Virus record (IMG/VR): IMGVR_UViG_3300042154_002208
Source of the DNA: a virus
Taxonomy: Duplodnaviria > Caudoviricetes
Strand: one strand, 5' to 3'
Length of the DNA: 64,000 nucleotides
Part shown: positions 17,569 through 28,020 of the stretch, piece by piece
Layout of the letters: each line of letters begins with the position of its first letter
Numbering within the stretch: the stretch's first letter is position 1
Notes under the pieces: model-generated
Told to the model about the DNA's origin: nothing
The model's input: the letters and a program-made list of their open reading frames with translations, nothing else
Databases searched by the model: none
Program-made: the position numbers and the translations under genes

Positions 17569-19809
17569 ATGACACTAGCAAATTCAAAGTCAACGCTTGC
17601 CAAACTTCTAGCTCAAGAAAATCTTTCGGTTGAGCACCGCAATGTAAGCACTGCTTATTTTGATCCCAAGAACAGAGTTCTTGTTCTCCCCATCTGGAAA
17701 GAAATGTCCACTGAACTTTATGACTTGCTTGTAGGTCATGAAGTAGGTCATGCATGGGAAACCCCCGCCGAAGGCTGGCACACAGCCGTCACATCACATC
17801 CAAAAGGTTTTAAATCATATCTTAATGTGATCGAAGATGCACGTATCGAGAAAGCTATTAAATCTCGATACCCTGGTCTTCGTTCTGCTTTTTACAAGGC
17901 ATACAAAGAACTGATTGAAAAAGACTTCTTTGGTATTGCAGATGTGGATATTAATGGCTTGGCATTGATAGACCGAATCAATCTGCACTATAAGGTTGGT
18001 CCTTTTATGAATGTTCATTTCTCATCCGATGAACAAGCAATTTTAACTGACATTGATAATGCATCGCACTGGGATGATGTTCTTAGAATTGCCAAAAGTC
18101 TTTATGAGCTTCGCAAAGAAGAAATGCAAACAAACTCGTTTGACGATTTTGAATATGAACCAGGGGAAGATGGTGAAGATGGTGAAGACGAAGATGGCGA
18201 TTATGATATTGATTCTGAATATGATTCAGACTTTTCAGATGAAGATGAGGATGGTGACGAGGACTTAGATTCAAAGAGAAAACAATATCGTGGAATGACT
18301 AGGGATATTGACCCAGAATCATTCACAGACAAAGTATTCCGTCAAAAAGAAGAAACCCTTATTTCTGACGAAATCCGACCATACTGTTATGTCAATTTAC
18401 CATTAGTAAATACTAAAGATTTTATTGTATCCTATAAAAAAGTATACGAACAATCTGCTTGGACCTCAGTCGATAATTATCAAACCTTTGTTAAAGAACA
18501 GGTTGCCAATGCAACGTATGACATGACATTGAAAGAAGGCGACGCATTTAATCCAACCACACTATTATCAGAATACAAAGAAACAAATTCAAGATTCATT
18601 CAATATCTTGTTAAAGAATTTGAATTGAAACGAAATGCTGCGCAATTTGCCAGAGCAAGTGTGTCTAAGACAGGTGAGTTGGATGTTGAAAAAGTATTCG
18701 CATATAAATTCAAAGAAGATCTTTTCAAGCGTGTTACTAAAATTCCATTCGGCAAGAATCACGGCATGGTAATGTTCGTTGATTGGTCGGGTTCAATGAC
18801 AAACAACATTACATCTACAATTGAACAAACTTTGATTCTTGCAGATTTTTGTCGCAAGGTTAATATTCCTTTTGAAGTTTATGCGTTTACAAACTGCGAT
18901 GCAGGATTTGAATCTCATTTAGGTTTTCCTAAAAATGCTAAAATTCGGTATTCCCGCAGATCGAAAGATCTTTGCTTAGAAGACAGAAGTTTCCGTTTGT
19001 TGCAGTTATTATCTAATACTATGGATAGCAAACAATATCGTACAGCTCAAACACGTCTGCTTCAATATGGTAAAGTGTATGAATATTATCTTAAAGATAG
19101 ATATAACCATACAGACGCATCAATTGCAAGATTTCGTGAACGCCAATTACCTCTTGAATTGCGTTTAGCAGGTACCCCGTTGAATGAAGCATTGGTTCTT
19201 GCTAATTATATCATTCCAGAATTTAAGACAGCTTATCGATTAGATGTAGTAAACACTATTTTCCTAACAGATGGCGAAGCTAACGATACCGATATGCTAG
19301 TTGTGATTGACGAAAAAAATGGCGAACAGAGATCTTATGGTCGTATGATATCTTCCGAATATAATGCAAGCAAGCATAAAGGTTATAATCTTATTATAAC
19401 TGATAAAGAAACAGGTAAAGTTGGTTATGCAAAACCCCGTGAACATATGACTACTGCTTTACTTCGTTTGTTGAAAGAACGCACAGGTACAAATTTAGTT
19501 GGATATTATATTAGTTCATATACTAGCAGAAATGGTATTAAAGGATTCCTCGGTACTGCAGGTCAGCCTACTGAGAATGTGGATTCGATTTATACATTTA
19601 TGCGAAAGAATAAATTTTACGATCTAAAAGATGCAGGATATGACAAGTATTTTTTGGTAAATAATAAAGATTTGATTGTAGAAAATTCCGAATTATCTGT
19701 TGAAAAAGATTCGTCCAAAAAGGATATTATGAAAGCTTTTATTACAAATCAAAAGAAAAAGCTAATTAATCGTGTGCTTTTGAACAAATTTATTGCAGAA
19801 ATTGCTTGA
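17569..19809 (+). CDS. vWA-domain protein with N-terminal HExxH metallopeptidase-like domain (CobT-like)
   Basis: GHEVGH, NVIEDARIE, D/E-rich linker, DWSGSM MIDAS, FLTDGE. Confidence 0.82.
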   Translation: MTLANSKSTLAKLLAQENLSVEHRNVSTAYFDPKNRVLVLPIWKEMSTELYDLLVGHEVGHAWETPAEGWHTAVTSHPKGFKSYLNVIEDARIEKAIKSRYPGLRSAFYKAYKELIEKDFFGIADVDINGLALIDRINLHYKVGPFMNVHFSSDEQAILTDIDNASHWDDVLRIAKSLYELRKEEMQTNSFDDFEYEPGEDGEDGEDEDGDYDIDSEYDSDFSDEDEDGDEDLDSKRKQYRGMTRDIDPESFTDKVFRQKEETLISDEIRPYCYVNLPLVNTKDFIVSYKKVYEQSAWTSVDNYQTFVKEQVANATYDMTLKEGDAFNPTTLLSEYKETNSRFIQYLVKEFELKRNAAQFARASVSKTGELDVEKVFAYKFKEDLFKRVTKIPFGKNHGMVMFVDWSGSMTNNITSTIEQTLILADFCRKVNIPFEVYAFTNCDAGFESHLGFPKNAKIRYSRRSKDLCLEDRSFRLLQLLSNTMDSKQYRTAQTRLLQYGKVYEYYLKDRYNHTDASIARFRERQLPLELRLAGTPLNEALVLANYIIPEFKTAYRLDVVNTIFLTDGEANDTDMLVVIDEKNGEQRSYGRMISSEYNASKHKGYNLIITDKETGKVGYAKPREHMTTALLRLLKERTGTNLVGYYISSYTSRNGIKGFLGTAGQPTENVDSIYTFMRKNKFYDLKDAGYDKYFLVNNKDLIVENSELSVEKDSSKKDIMKAFITNQKKKLINRVLLNKFIAEIA

Positions 19810-19834
19810 CACCGAAACCAAAAGGTGTTATAAT
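19806..19834 (+). promoter_or_regulatory. Sigma70-type early promoter
   Basis: TTGACA-17-TATAAT. Confidence 0.85.
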
Positions 19835-19865
19835 TAATTATGATTAACCGTGAGACTACTTTATT

Positions 19866-21053
19866 ATGAAATCTACTGACATTCAAAAGAAACAAATTGT
19901 ATCTGATCTGATTCAAGCATTTGGTAAAACCGCTGCTAGAAAAGATGTTATTGCTTTTATCAAGCAAAAAGACATTACTATGCCTAACTGGTTGATCAAC
20001 GGTGAGGCATATCGAGCAGGCCGTGGTATTATTAATCTTGATGCATTTGGAACAGATAAAATGAATAACATTCCCCATACTCCAGTAACAGCTTCTCCTG
20101 TAGAAATGCCTGCAATGCAAGCTCAAGTTGTTCAATTGCGTCAACGCAAACTAGTAACAGAGGTTGACAACCTAATTCCAAATAAAGACGCAACATATGT
20201 GCCGTTTGGTTTTTATAAAGATCTAGAATCTATTGTAAAATCTAAAGCATTTTATCCATTGTTTATTACTGGTCTTACTGGTAACGGTAAAACTACAATG
20301 GTAGAACAAGTATGTGCTAAATTAAAACGTGAATGTATTCGTGTCAATGTTTCTATTGAAACCGATGAGGATGACCTTGTAGGTGGTTCTACTTTGATTG
20401 ACGGCAATGTTACATTCCGTGAAGGTCCAGTTATTACAGCAATGAAGCGTGGCGCAGTTCTTTTGATTGACGAAATTGATCGTGGTTCAAATAAGTTGAT
20501 GTGTATTCAGGGTATCCTTGAAGGCAAGTCATACTTTAATAAAAAGAACGGTGAAGTAATTTATCCGGCCGAAGGCTTTAATGTTATTGCTACAGCAAAT
20601 ACTAAAGGTCGCGGTACAGATGACGGCAAGTATATTGCGGCACAAATTCTTGACGAAGCTTTCTTAGAGCGATTCCCAATTACAGTTGAACAAGAATATC
20701 CTTCAACATCAATTGAGCGCAAGATCATTATCAACAATATGGAAACAAACAATTGCGTGGATGAAGAGTTTGCGGACAAGTTGGTAGCTTGGGCAGAAAT
20801 TATTCGTAAGACATATATGGAAGATGCAATTGACGAATTGATTTCTACTCGACGTCTTGTTCATATTGTAAAAGCATTCTCAGTATTTAAAGATCGTAGC
20901 AAGGCAATTAATCTGTGTATTAATCGTTTTGACGATGACACGAAGAATGCGTTTATGGATTTGTACTCTAAGATTGATTCGCCTCCCATGGAAGAACCAG
21001 TTAATTCAGTTCAAGAAAACAAGGTTACAGAGGATGAAGACATCCCATTTTAA
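19866..21053 (+). CDS. MoxR/CobS-like AAA+ ATPase
   Basis: GLTGNGKT, LLIDEID, ATANTKG, AFLERF, ISTRRL. Confidence 0.9.
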   Translation: MKSTDIQKKQIVSDLIQAFGKTAARKDVIAFIKQKDITMPNWLINGEAYRAGRGIINLDAFGTDKMNNIPHTPVTASPVEMPAMQAQVVQLRQRKLVTEVDNLIPNKDATYVPFGFYKDLESIVKSKAFYPLFITGLTGNGKTTMVEQVCAKLKRECIRVNVSIETDEDDLVGGSTLIDGNVTFREGPVITAMKRGAVLLIDEIDRGSNKLMCIQGILEGKSYFNKKNGEVIYPAEGFNVIATANTKGRGTDDGKYIAAQILDEAFLERFPITVEQEYPSTSIERKIIINNMETNNCVDEEFADKLVAWAEIIRKTYMEDAIDELISTRRLVHIVKAFSVFKDRSKAINLCINRFDDDTKNAFMDLYSKIDSPPMEEPVNSVQENKVTEDEDIPF

Positions 21054-21069
21054 ATACTTTAATTTAACC

Positions 21070-21091
21070 AAAGGGCACGAAAGTGCCCTTT
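21070..21091 (+). terminator. Intrinsic terminator hairpin
   Basis: AAAGGGCAC-GAAA-GTGCCCTTT. Confidence 0.8.
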
Positions 21092-21107
21092 AACCTATTT
21101 AAGGTGT

Positions 21108-21115
21108 TATAAATA
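21108..21115 (+). promoter_or_regulatory. T4-type late promoter for the sugar island
   Basis: TATAAATA just after the terminator, ~35 nt upstream of gmd. Confidence 0.7.
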
Positions 21116-21149
21116 AATGTATATTATAAATTCATTATAGGAATTGAAA

Positions 21150-22157
21150 ATGAAAACAGCATTAATTACTGGTATTACAGGCCAAGACGGATCGTACCTT
21201 GCAGAACTATTACTCGAAAAGGGTTATATGGTTCACGGCATTATTAGACGTAGTTCGTCAATCAACACAGGTCGCATCGACCACATCTACGATAACCCAA
21301 ATTTAAAACTACATTATGGCGACGTAACTGACTCTTTGTCACTTATGAACATACTTAAAAAGTATGAGCCAGATGAAATCTATAATTTGGCTGCACAAAG
21401 TCATGTTAAAGTTTCATTTGAGACTCCTGAATATACTGCACAAGTTGATGCATTAGGTACTTTAAAAATTCTTGAATCAGTTAGATTACTAAATTTAGAA
21501 CATAAGACTAAAATTTATCAGGCATCTACATCTGAGTTATATGGATTGGTGCAAGAAATCCCACAAAAAGAAACAACCCCATTTTATCCTCGCTCACCAT
21601 ATGGTGTAGCTAAACTATATGGATTTTGGATTGTTAAAAATTATCGTGAATCTTATAATATGTTTGCCTGTTCTGGTATTTTATTTAATCATGAATCTCC
21701 TCGTCGAGGACATAATTTTGTAACCAAGAAAATTGTAGATGGACTTGAAGCAATTAGTTCAGGTCGGCAGGAATGTTTATCTATGGGCAATTTAAATGCA
21801 AAACGTGATTGGGGGCACGCTAAAGATTATGTTAAAGCAATGTGGTTAATGTTGCAACAAGACACACCTGATGATTTTGTTATTGCCACCGGTGAACAAT
21901 ATTCGGTAAAAGATTTTGTTAATAAGTGCGCGCCATACTATCACTTATCTATTCGTTGGGAAGGCGCAGGCCTAAACGAAGTAGGTATTAATAATTACAA
22001 TAATAAAGTAATTATTCGAGTAGATGAAAAATACTTCCGCCCTGCAGAAGTAGAAACTTTATTGGGCGATCCATCAAAGGCAAAGAGTGTGTTAGGTTGG
22101 CAGCCTGAGCATACATTCGATAGTTTAGTTGAAGATATGTGTACTAATTTTGAGTGA
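21150..22157 (+). CDS. gmd: GDP-mannose 4,6-dehydratase
   Basis: [52 protein letters not shown]. Confidence 0.96.
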   Translation: MKTALITGITGQDGSYLAELLLEKGYMVHGIIRRSSSINTGRIDHIYDNPNLKLHYGDVTDSLSLMNILKKYEPDEIYNLAAQSHVKVSFETPEYTAQVDALGTLKILESVRLLNLEHKTKIYQASTSELYGLVQEIPQKETTPFYPRSPYGVAKLYGFWIVKNYRESYNMFACSGILFNHESPRRGHNFVTKKIVDGLEAISSGRQECLSMGNLNAKRDWGHAKDYVKAMWLMLQQDTPDDFVIATGEQYSVKDFVNKCAPYYHLSIRWEGAGLNEVGINNYNNKVIIRVDEKYFRPAEVETLLGDPSKAKSVLGWQPEHTFDSLVEDMCTNFE

Positions 22158-22164
22158 GGATAAT

Positions 22165-23100
22165 ATGGAAAAAAATAGTAAAATTTTTATTGCAGGTCAT
22201 AATGGTTTAGTAGGATCTGCTATTGTGCGTAAACTTCAGAATGAGGGTTACGATAATCTAATTCTTCGTTCTAAAAGTGAATTGGATTTACGAGATCAAC
22301 GAGCAGTTCGTAATTTCTTTAGTACAGAAAAACCTGAATATGTTTTCTTAGCAGCAGCTAAAGTTGGAGGTATCAATTATAACGCAACTAATCCTGCTGA
22401 GTTTATTTATGATAACCTTGCTATTCAGACTAACGTAATTGATGCAGCATATAGAAACAATTGTAGTAAATTGTTGTTCTTGGGTTCGGCCTGCATTTAT
22501 CCTAAGGTCACACCTCAACCTATTAAAGAAGAATACTTGTTAACAGCGCCACTAGAACCTTCTAATGAAGGTTACGCATTAGCTAAAATTACAGGTATGC
22601 GTATGTGCGAATATTACAGACGTCAATATGGTTTCAACGCTATTAGTTTGATGCCTGCAAATTTGTATGGGCCACATGACAATTTTATTCCTGAGCAAGG
22701 CCACGTTATCCCGGGTATCATTACTAAGTTCTTTAACGCAATGAAGAACAATGAAGATAGTATTATGTGCTGGGGAGATGGATCACCTACACGAGAATTT
22801 TTATATGTAGATGATTTAGCAGATGCTTGTTTGTTTCTGATGAATAATTACGACAAAGCTGAATTTATTAATGTAGGTAGCGATGTTGAAATTCCAATTA
22901 AAGAACTTTCAGAATTAATTAAAGATGCTGTTGGTTTCAAGGGTGAAATTAAGTGGGATACAACTCTACCGAATGGTACACCTAGACGCAAAATGGAAAA
23001 CTCAAGATTGTTTGACATGGGATGGAAACCAAAGGTATCGTTTGAGGAAGGACTCAAGCGTACGATTGATTGGTATAAAACAGAAAAAGGTATACTATGA
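22165..23100 (+). CDS. fcl: GDP-L-fucose synthase / ColC-like epimerase-reductase
   Basis: GHNGLVGSA, AAKVGGI, FLGSACIYP, YALAK, WGDGSPTREF. Confidence 0.9.
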   Translation: MEKNSKIFIAGHNGLVGSAIVRKLQNEGYDNLILRSKSELDLRDQRAVRNFFSTEKPEYVFLAAAKVGGINYNATNPAEFIYDNLAIQTNVIDAAYRNNCSKLLFLGSACIYPKVTPQPIKEEYLLTAPLEPSNEGYALAKITGMRMCEYYRRQYGFNAISLMPANLYGPHDNFIPEQGHVIPGIITKFFNAMKNNEDSIMCWGDGSPTREFLYVDDLADACLFLMNNYDKAEFINVGSDVEIPIKELSELIKDAVGFKGEIKWDTTLPNGTPRRKMENSRLFDMGWKPKVSFEEGLKRTIDWYKTEKGIL

Positions 23101-24266
23101 AGTGGCCGTTGATGGGTGAGACAATCACCTTTATGGACAGATTGAAGATGGCGCATTTTGCGCTGACAGCTAAGAAATTCACATTCGGTGAAAAGGTAAA
23201 ACAATTCGAAAACGAATGGAGCGAGTGGCTTGGCGCGAAACATTCTTTATATGTTTCTAGCGGAAGTACTGCAAACTTCTTATTGGTAGCGGCAGTTAAA
23301 GAGTTATACAAATTAAAAGCGGGTGACAAAGTATTAGTTCCTGCTTGCACATGGATGACGAATGTTTCACCTATTATGCAGCTTGGTCTTGAACCAGTAT
23401 TTTGCGATGTTAATCTAGATAATTTTAGTTTTGATCTCGAAGAAGCTAGATTGATTTCATTGAAGCATGATATTAAAATGGTATTCATTACTCATTTGTT
23501 AGGGTTCTCCGCAAACAATGAAGGTATTAAACGTATCTTCCCAAGAGCAATTATAATAGATGATATCTGCGAATCACATGGTTGCAAAACACCATACGGC
23601 GAAAAATGTGGTTCAAATAGTTTAGGTGCAACATTCAGTTTCTATTTTGGACATCATATGTCTACAGTAGAAGGTGGAATGATTTCCACAAACAATACTA
23701 AACTTTATGATTTGATGAAAATTAAACGAAGCCATGGTATGGCAAGAGAATCAATTAACTTCGATGAGTATGCTAAAAAATATCCTGATGTAGATAAACA
23801 ATTCTTGTTTGTTACCGACGGATACAATTTTAGAAATCATGAGATTTGTGCTGTACTTGGTATCTCGCAATTAAAACGTTTGGATAAAATGGTTGAGATT
23901 AGAAATAGAAATCACAAACTATTTACAGAAATTATTGACAAATATCCTAATCTGTTTTATACTATTAAAAATCCCAAAACAATTAGCAGCTTCTGTTTTC
24001 CTTTCATCTGCAGATCAAACGAGATCATGTTAGCAATGAAGGATACATTCACTAAACATACTATTGAATACAGACCAGTTGTTGCGGGCAATTTATTGTC
24101 ACAGCCTTTTCTTAAAGATTATAAAATAGAAACTACTAAGAAAAGAACCAATGCTGACATTATTCAGACACAAGGGGTTTATATCGGTAACAATCATTTT
24201 GTTACAGAATCAGACATGAAATTTTTAGATAAAGTAGTAGGAGAAATTAATGACCAATTTAGGTGA
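23097..24266 (+). CDS. PLP/PMP-dependent DegT-family enzyme, ColD-like GDP-4-keto-6-deoxymannose 3-dehydratase
   Basis: SSGSTAN, DDICESHG, FSFYFGHHMSTVEGG with His in place of the Schiff-base Lys; adjacent to gmd-fcl. Confidence 0.72.
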   Translation: MKWPLMGETITFMDRLKMAHFALTAKKFTFGEKVKQFENEWSEWLGAKHSLYVSSGSTANFLLVAAVKELYKLKAGDKVLVPACTWMTNVSPIMQLGLEPVFCDVNLDNFSFDLEEARLISLKHDIKMVFITHLLGFSANNEGIKRIFPRAIIIDDICESHGCKTPYGEKCGSNSLGATFSFYFGHHMSTVEGGMISTNNTKLYDLMKIKRSHGMARESINFDEYAKKYPDVDKQFLFVTDGYNFRNHEICAVLGISQLKRLDKMVEIRNRNHKLFTEIIDKYPNLFYTIKNPKTISSFCFPFICRSNEIMLAMKDTFTKHTIEYRPVVAGNLLSQPFLKDYKIETTKKRTNADIIQTQGVYIGNNHFVTESDMKFLDKVVGEINDQFR

Positions 24267-24609
24267 AAACATTGAGGAAGTTATTAAAAGAACAGTTAAC
24301 AATGTTTTAGATAATGCTAAAGATTTTGGTATGCCAGATTCCAATTATATCGCAACTGACAATCTAGGTGAGATTGTTGAGAAACTTGCTATCATTCATA
24401 TTAGAATGTGGATGCTTGAAGATGCATTTCAAACTGCAAAATCAGATGAAGAGATGGCTGATCTAAAACGCAAAGTTGATATTTGCTTCAAGGTTAAGCG
24501 TCCTAAATATGTTCAAGCTATTAACCTGCTAGTTGATGATGCTATTAAAAATGAAAAATCTTTGAGAGAAGATTCTGTTAAATTGTATAAAGGTATTGAT
24601 AATGTCTAA
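24250..24609 (+). CDS. Hypothetical protein (DUF4254-like helical)
   Basis: LGEIVEKLAIIHIRMWMLED pattern. Confidence 0.5.
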   Translation: MTNLGENIEEVIKRTVNNVLDNAKDFGMPDSNYIATDNLGEIVEKLAIIHIRMWMLEDAFQTAKSDEEMADLKRKVDICFKVKRPKYVQAINLLVDDAIKNEKSLREDSVKLYKGIDNV

Positions 24610-25516
24610 AATTGTTTTCTTTAATCATTATCACAAAGGTGATCTACATACGCATAAAGAATTTATTCGTCACATTCAATCACAACTACCAGAATTTACA
24701 TTCGAATATCTGCATAAAAATGCAGAAAAGTTAACCGCAGAATTGGGTATTTCTTTAATAGGGTCGCCCGATGATTTAGACAACAAGACTCCATTCTATC
24801 AGGATGAAGATACTTTGTTTGTTAATACGTGGGTTGGATGTAACTGGGATGTGTTCTGTAAGTATGGTGGTATTAATATGAATACTATCTACGAAGAATG
24901 GGGAGACATTGTAGATACAATTAATGAGACATTCGGTACTTCTGTTAAATTACATAAAGATAAAGAATATTATTTGCCTCGTATCAGCTACAACGCTTTA
25001 AGTATTGCAGGCGTAGATCAATATGTTAATTCTACAATTGGTGTTCGAAAAGTATTAGTCTGCAATAATGTACCTCAATCTAATCAGTCATTTTCTTCTG
25101 ATATGAAGGAACACATTTTGCCCTTTGCAGAAATGTATCCCGATACACATTTTATCTGCACTAATAAATTTGATACTGAAGGTGCTACAAATATTTTATT
25201 CACCGGCGATATTATAGGTCCTGTTACCGATGGAGATCTACAGGAGATTTCTTATCTAAGTACATACTGCAATGTTATTGTTGGTAAGAACTCTGGCCCG
25301 TATGTATTCTGCGAGACTTATGATAATTATATGGATGACACAAAAACATTTGTATCATTTAATACTAAGCATCCAGATTATGAAGATGTACATGAGACAA
25401 TGTCAAAAGATTTAAATATCAAATGTACGTATCATGCAATCCCAATCTTCAGCAATTCATTGACTGATAAAGATCACGAAAACATTATGTCTGCATTGAA
25501 TCGGGCATTTGCATGA
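24602..25516 (+). CDS. Glycosyltransferase-like protein
   Basis: HKGDLH N-terminus and IVGKNSGP motif resembling GT9-like enzymes; island context. Confidence 0.5.
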   Translation: MSKIVFFNHYHKGDLHTHKEFIRHIQSQLPEFTFEYLHKNAEKLTAELGISLIGSPDDLDNKTPFYQDEDTLFVNTWVGCNWDVFCKYGGINMNTIYEEWGDIVDTINETFGTSVKLHKDKEYYLPRISYNALSIAGVDQYVNSTIGVRKVLVCNNVPQSNQSFSSDMKEHILPFAEMYPDTHFICTNKFDTEGATNILFTGDIIGPVTDGDLQEISYLSTYCNVIVGKNSGPYVFCETYDNYMDDTKTFVSFNTKHPDYEDVHETMSKDLNIKCTYHAIPIFSNSLTDKDHENIMSALNRAFA

Positions 25517-26388
25517 AGCCGTTGAGAATAGCATTTGCAGATACACATGACCATCTTGCAGCGTTTTTTATATATCTTCTTCAGACTAGATATCAAGTAG
25601 ATATCGTAGGTATGAGTGAATCGCCGGATTTTTTATTATTTGGTGATGATAACTTTGGCCGTAATAACTTAAATATCACCAGAGATCAATGTACTAAGAT
25701 ATTGTTCACAGGTGAAAATCGTAGACCTGAGAATTTTGATTGCGACTATGCTATTAGTTTTGACCATATATTTGAACCATGGCATTACAGATTACCCTTG
25801 TATGTAATTTATATGTGGGCATTGGAGCATATCCATGAAACAAGATTTGATTTTAACTATATCTTTAATCCCGAGATTAAAGAAAAAACAGACTTTTGTA
25901 CGTTTGTAGTATCGAATCCAAATTGTAATGAGCGCAATGAATTCTTCAATAAGCTAAATAATATTAAACGTGTAGATAGCGGCGGCAAATTGTTTAACAA
26001 CATCAATGCTAATTTAACAGGCGAAGAAAGCAAAATAGATTTCCTTTCGACAAGAAAATTTAATATTTGTTTTGAACATACTTCTCATCCCGGTTATACT
26101 ACGGAGAAAATTCTTCACGCATTCTATGCAGGAACTGTTCCAATTTATTGGGGTTCCGAAACAATTGCAAATGACTTTAATCCTGCCGCATTCATAAATT
26201 TACACGATTTCAATAGCCAGGAAGAGGCTATTGCACATATAATGAAGGTTGATCAAGATGACGAACTATATGCATCTTATGTTAATGCTCCAAAATTTTT
26301 AAACGGAATCCCTCCGTCATTTGTAGTATTGGATAACTTCCTTAATTGGTTTGATGCTATAGTGTATAATAAAATTTTAAAACGATGA
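25513..26388 (+). CDS. GT10 alpha-1,3-fucosyltransferase-like
   Basis: FCTFVVSNP, VDSGG, KFNICFE, GYTTEKI, VPIYWG. Confidence 0.88.
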   Translation: MKPLRIAFADTHDHLAAFFIYLLQTRYQVDIVGMSESPDFLLFGDDNFGRNNLNITRDQCTKILFTGENRRPENFDCDYAISFDHIFEPWHYRLPLYVIYMWALEHIHETRFDFNYIFNPEIKEKTDFCTFVVSNPNCNERNEFFNKLNNIKRVDSGGKLFNNINANLTGEESKIDFLSTRKFNICFEHTSHPGYTTEKILHAFYAGTVPIYWGSETIANDFNPAAFINLHDFNSQEEAIAHIMKVDQDDELYASYVNAPKFLNGIPPSFVVLDNFLNWFDAIVYNKILKR

Positions 26389-27095
26389 AAATACAAACAT
26401 TTATCTTTAACTGGCGCGGACAGTATGAAAAAACAAAAGAAAAGCAAAAGCAACTGAGTGCCATTGGGGTCGTGCCTGTCGTTATTAATAGTGACGACAA
26501 TCACCGTGAGGACGATCCTAATTGGCACAACATTGGCGAGGACAGTTATTTTACCGCACAATTTTTAAAAGCAATTGAGTTATTTGATGCGGATGCAATG
26601 TTTCACATTCAAGCAGATGCATCTTATGATAATTGGACTGAAATTTATGCTGGCGCTGAAGAATGTTTCGACACTTACAACTGGGGCATCTATGCTCCGA
26701 ATGTAGATTATACATTCTATGATTCTAGTAGAGCTGATCTTAAATCGTTTGATCTAGAAGAGCCTTATTATAAAATGGTTGCAAATCCTGATTGTACTTG
26801 TTGGTTTATTCATAAAGATATTATTGAGGATGCTAAGAATCGTAATATCGATTTTGCCCCCTATAAAATGGGATGGAGCTTTGATATAGTATATACTGCA
26901 ATTGGTTATATTAGTAAGAGGCCCGTTATCAGAGATTATCGTTACACAATCTCACATCCGCCAGGAACAAACTATAGTAAACAACAAGCTGAGACTGAGA
27001 TGCATACGTTTTACTCAAACCTGCCTTCAGATATTCAGACTGCATTTAAATATATTAAACAAGACAAAGAACATTTAGGAAAATATTATGCTTAA
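26385..27095 (+). CDS. Hypothetical GT-A-like protein
   Basis: FHIQADA, IYAPNVD; island context. Confidence 0.5.
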   Translation: MKIQTFIFNWRGQYEKTKEKQKQLSAIGVVPVVINSDDNHREDDPNWHNIGEDSYFTAQFLKAIELFDADAMFHIQADASYDNWTEIYAGAEECFDTYNWGIYAPNVDYTFYDSSRADLKSFDLEEPYYKMVANPDCTCWFIHKDIIEDAKNRNIDFAPYKMGWSFDIVYTAIGYISKRPVIRDYRYTISHPPGTNYSKQQAETEMHTFYSNLPSDIQTAFKYIKQDKEHLGKYYA

Positions 27096-28020
27096 AAACT
27101 TCTTTGAGGTTAATGATTTAATTTCGGAAAAATTGCAAGCAAATGAACCTTTTTCATTATTGCGTCTAGATAATAGTGCGGGGTATGTTCTACAAAATCT
27201 GTTTAACAATACTAGTATATCCCCACAATTCTTTAATAATACTGCTCTTTCTTTTGAGGGTGGGATAACTCCGGGTACAACTGACTATTATATAGATACC
27301 ATTGTTCCTATGTTAACACAATCTATGAAAGAATGTGATATACTCGGATTTGTTGATATGTCATTAGCCATACAAAATGATACGACCTTTACAAAAACAT
27401 TCGGCGAAAAGCCTATGTTCTTTGGGCATGATAGTCTTATGGTTTTGGATCCTATCGGTGTTCTAAGAGGCGGGTTATGCGGAACATTTAAGGTCGAAAC
27501 ACCTTGGACAAAATATTTAAAAAATAAAAAAGTATTAATTATATCTACGCATTGTGAAACTATTAAATCGCAATGGCAACAGATTGATAAAATATGGGGA
27601 GACAATTTAGATTTAGTTGCACCGTTTGATTTAGTAGGATGTATTCGTACTCCGTACCATCCTTTAATGGATGACAGACAATATCCTGGTTGCGAAACGT
27701 GGGAACAAAATGTAGAATACATAAAAAATGAAATTGATAAGTATGAATATGACGTTTTAATTTCTGGAGCATCAACATCTTCTCCTATATATGTAGAACA
27801 TGCGAAAAAACGAGGCAAAGTAGGTATACAAACTGGCGGCGTGCATCAGTTATTCTTCGGCATATTAGGACATCGTTGGTCACCCGAGGCAAACAACGGA
27901 TATAGAGTATGGGCAGAATATTATAATGAACATTGGACATATCCTTTTAAAGAAGACGAAGCAAGGAATAAAAATCAAGTAAGACATTTGGAAGGCAATT
28001 ATGCCTATTGGAAACCATGA
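27088..28020 (+). CDS. Putative glycosyltransferase (GT-D/DUF1792-like)
   Basis: KKVLIIS and YDVLISGA..GIQTGGVHQLFFGI pattern. Confidence 0.55.
   Translation: MLKNFFEVNDLISEKLQANEPFSLLRLDNSAGYVLQNLFNNTSISPQFFNNTALSFEGGITPGTTDYYIDTIVPMLTQSMKECDILGFVDMSLAIQNDTTFTKTFGEKPMFFGHDSLMVLDPIGVLRGGLCGTFKVETPWTKYLKNKKVLIISTHCETIKSQWQQIDKIWGDNLDLVAPFDLVGCIRTPYHPLMDDRQYPGCETWEQNVEYIKNEIDKYEYDVLISGASTSSPIYVEHAKKRGKVGIQTGGVHQLFFGILGHRWSPEANNGYRVWAEYYNEHWTYPFKEDEARNKNQVRHLEGNYAYWKP

Noticed and set aside
18053-18274. Alternative-frame ORFs within the vWA gene
   Set aside because: By-product of the GAT/GAA-rich acidic linker
17569-21053. cobT/cobS cobalamin auxiliary genes
   Set aside because: Generic vWA plus MoxR AAA+ pair; no cobN or other cobalamin genes
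27288-27818. Long antisense ORFs (also 1826-2260, 23054-23488, 56553-56969 and others)
   Set aside because: Antisense to well-supported genes; no RBS or motifs; expected shadow frames
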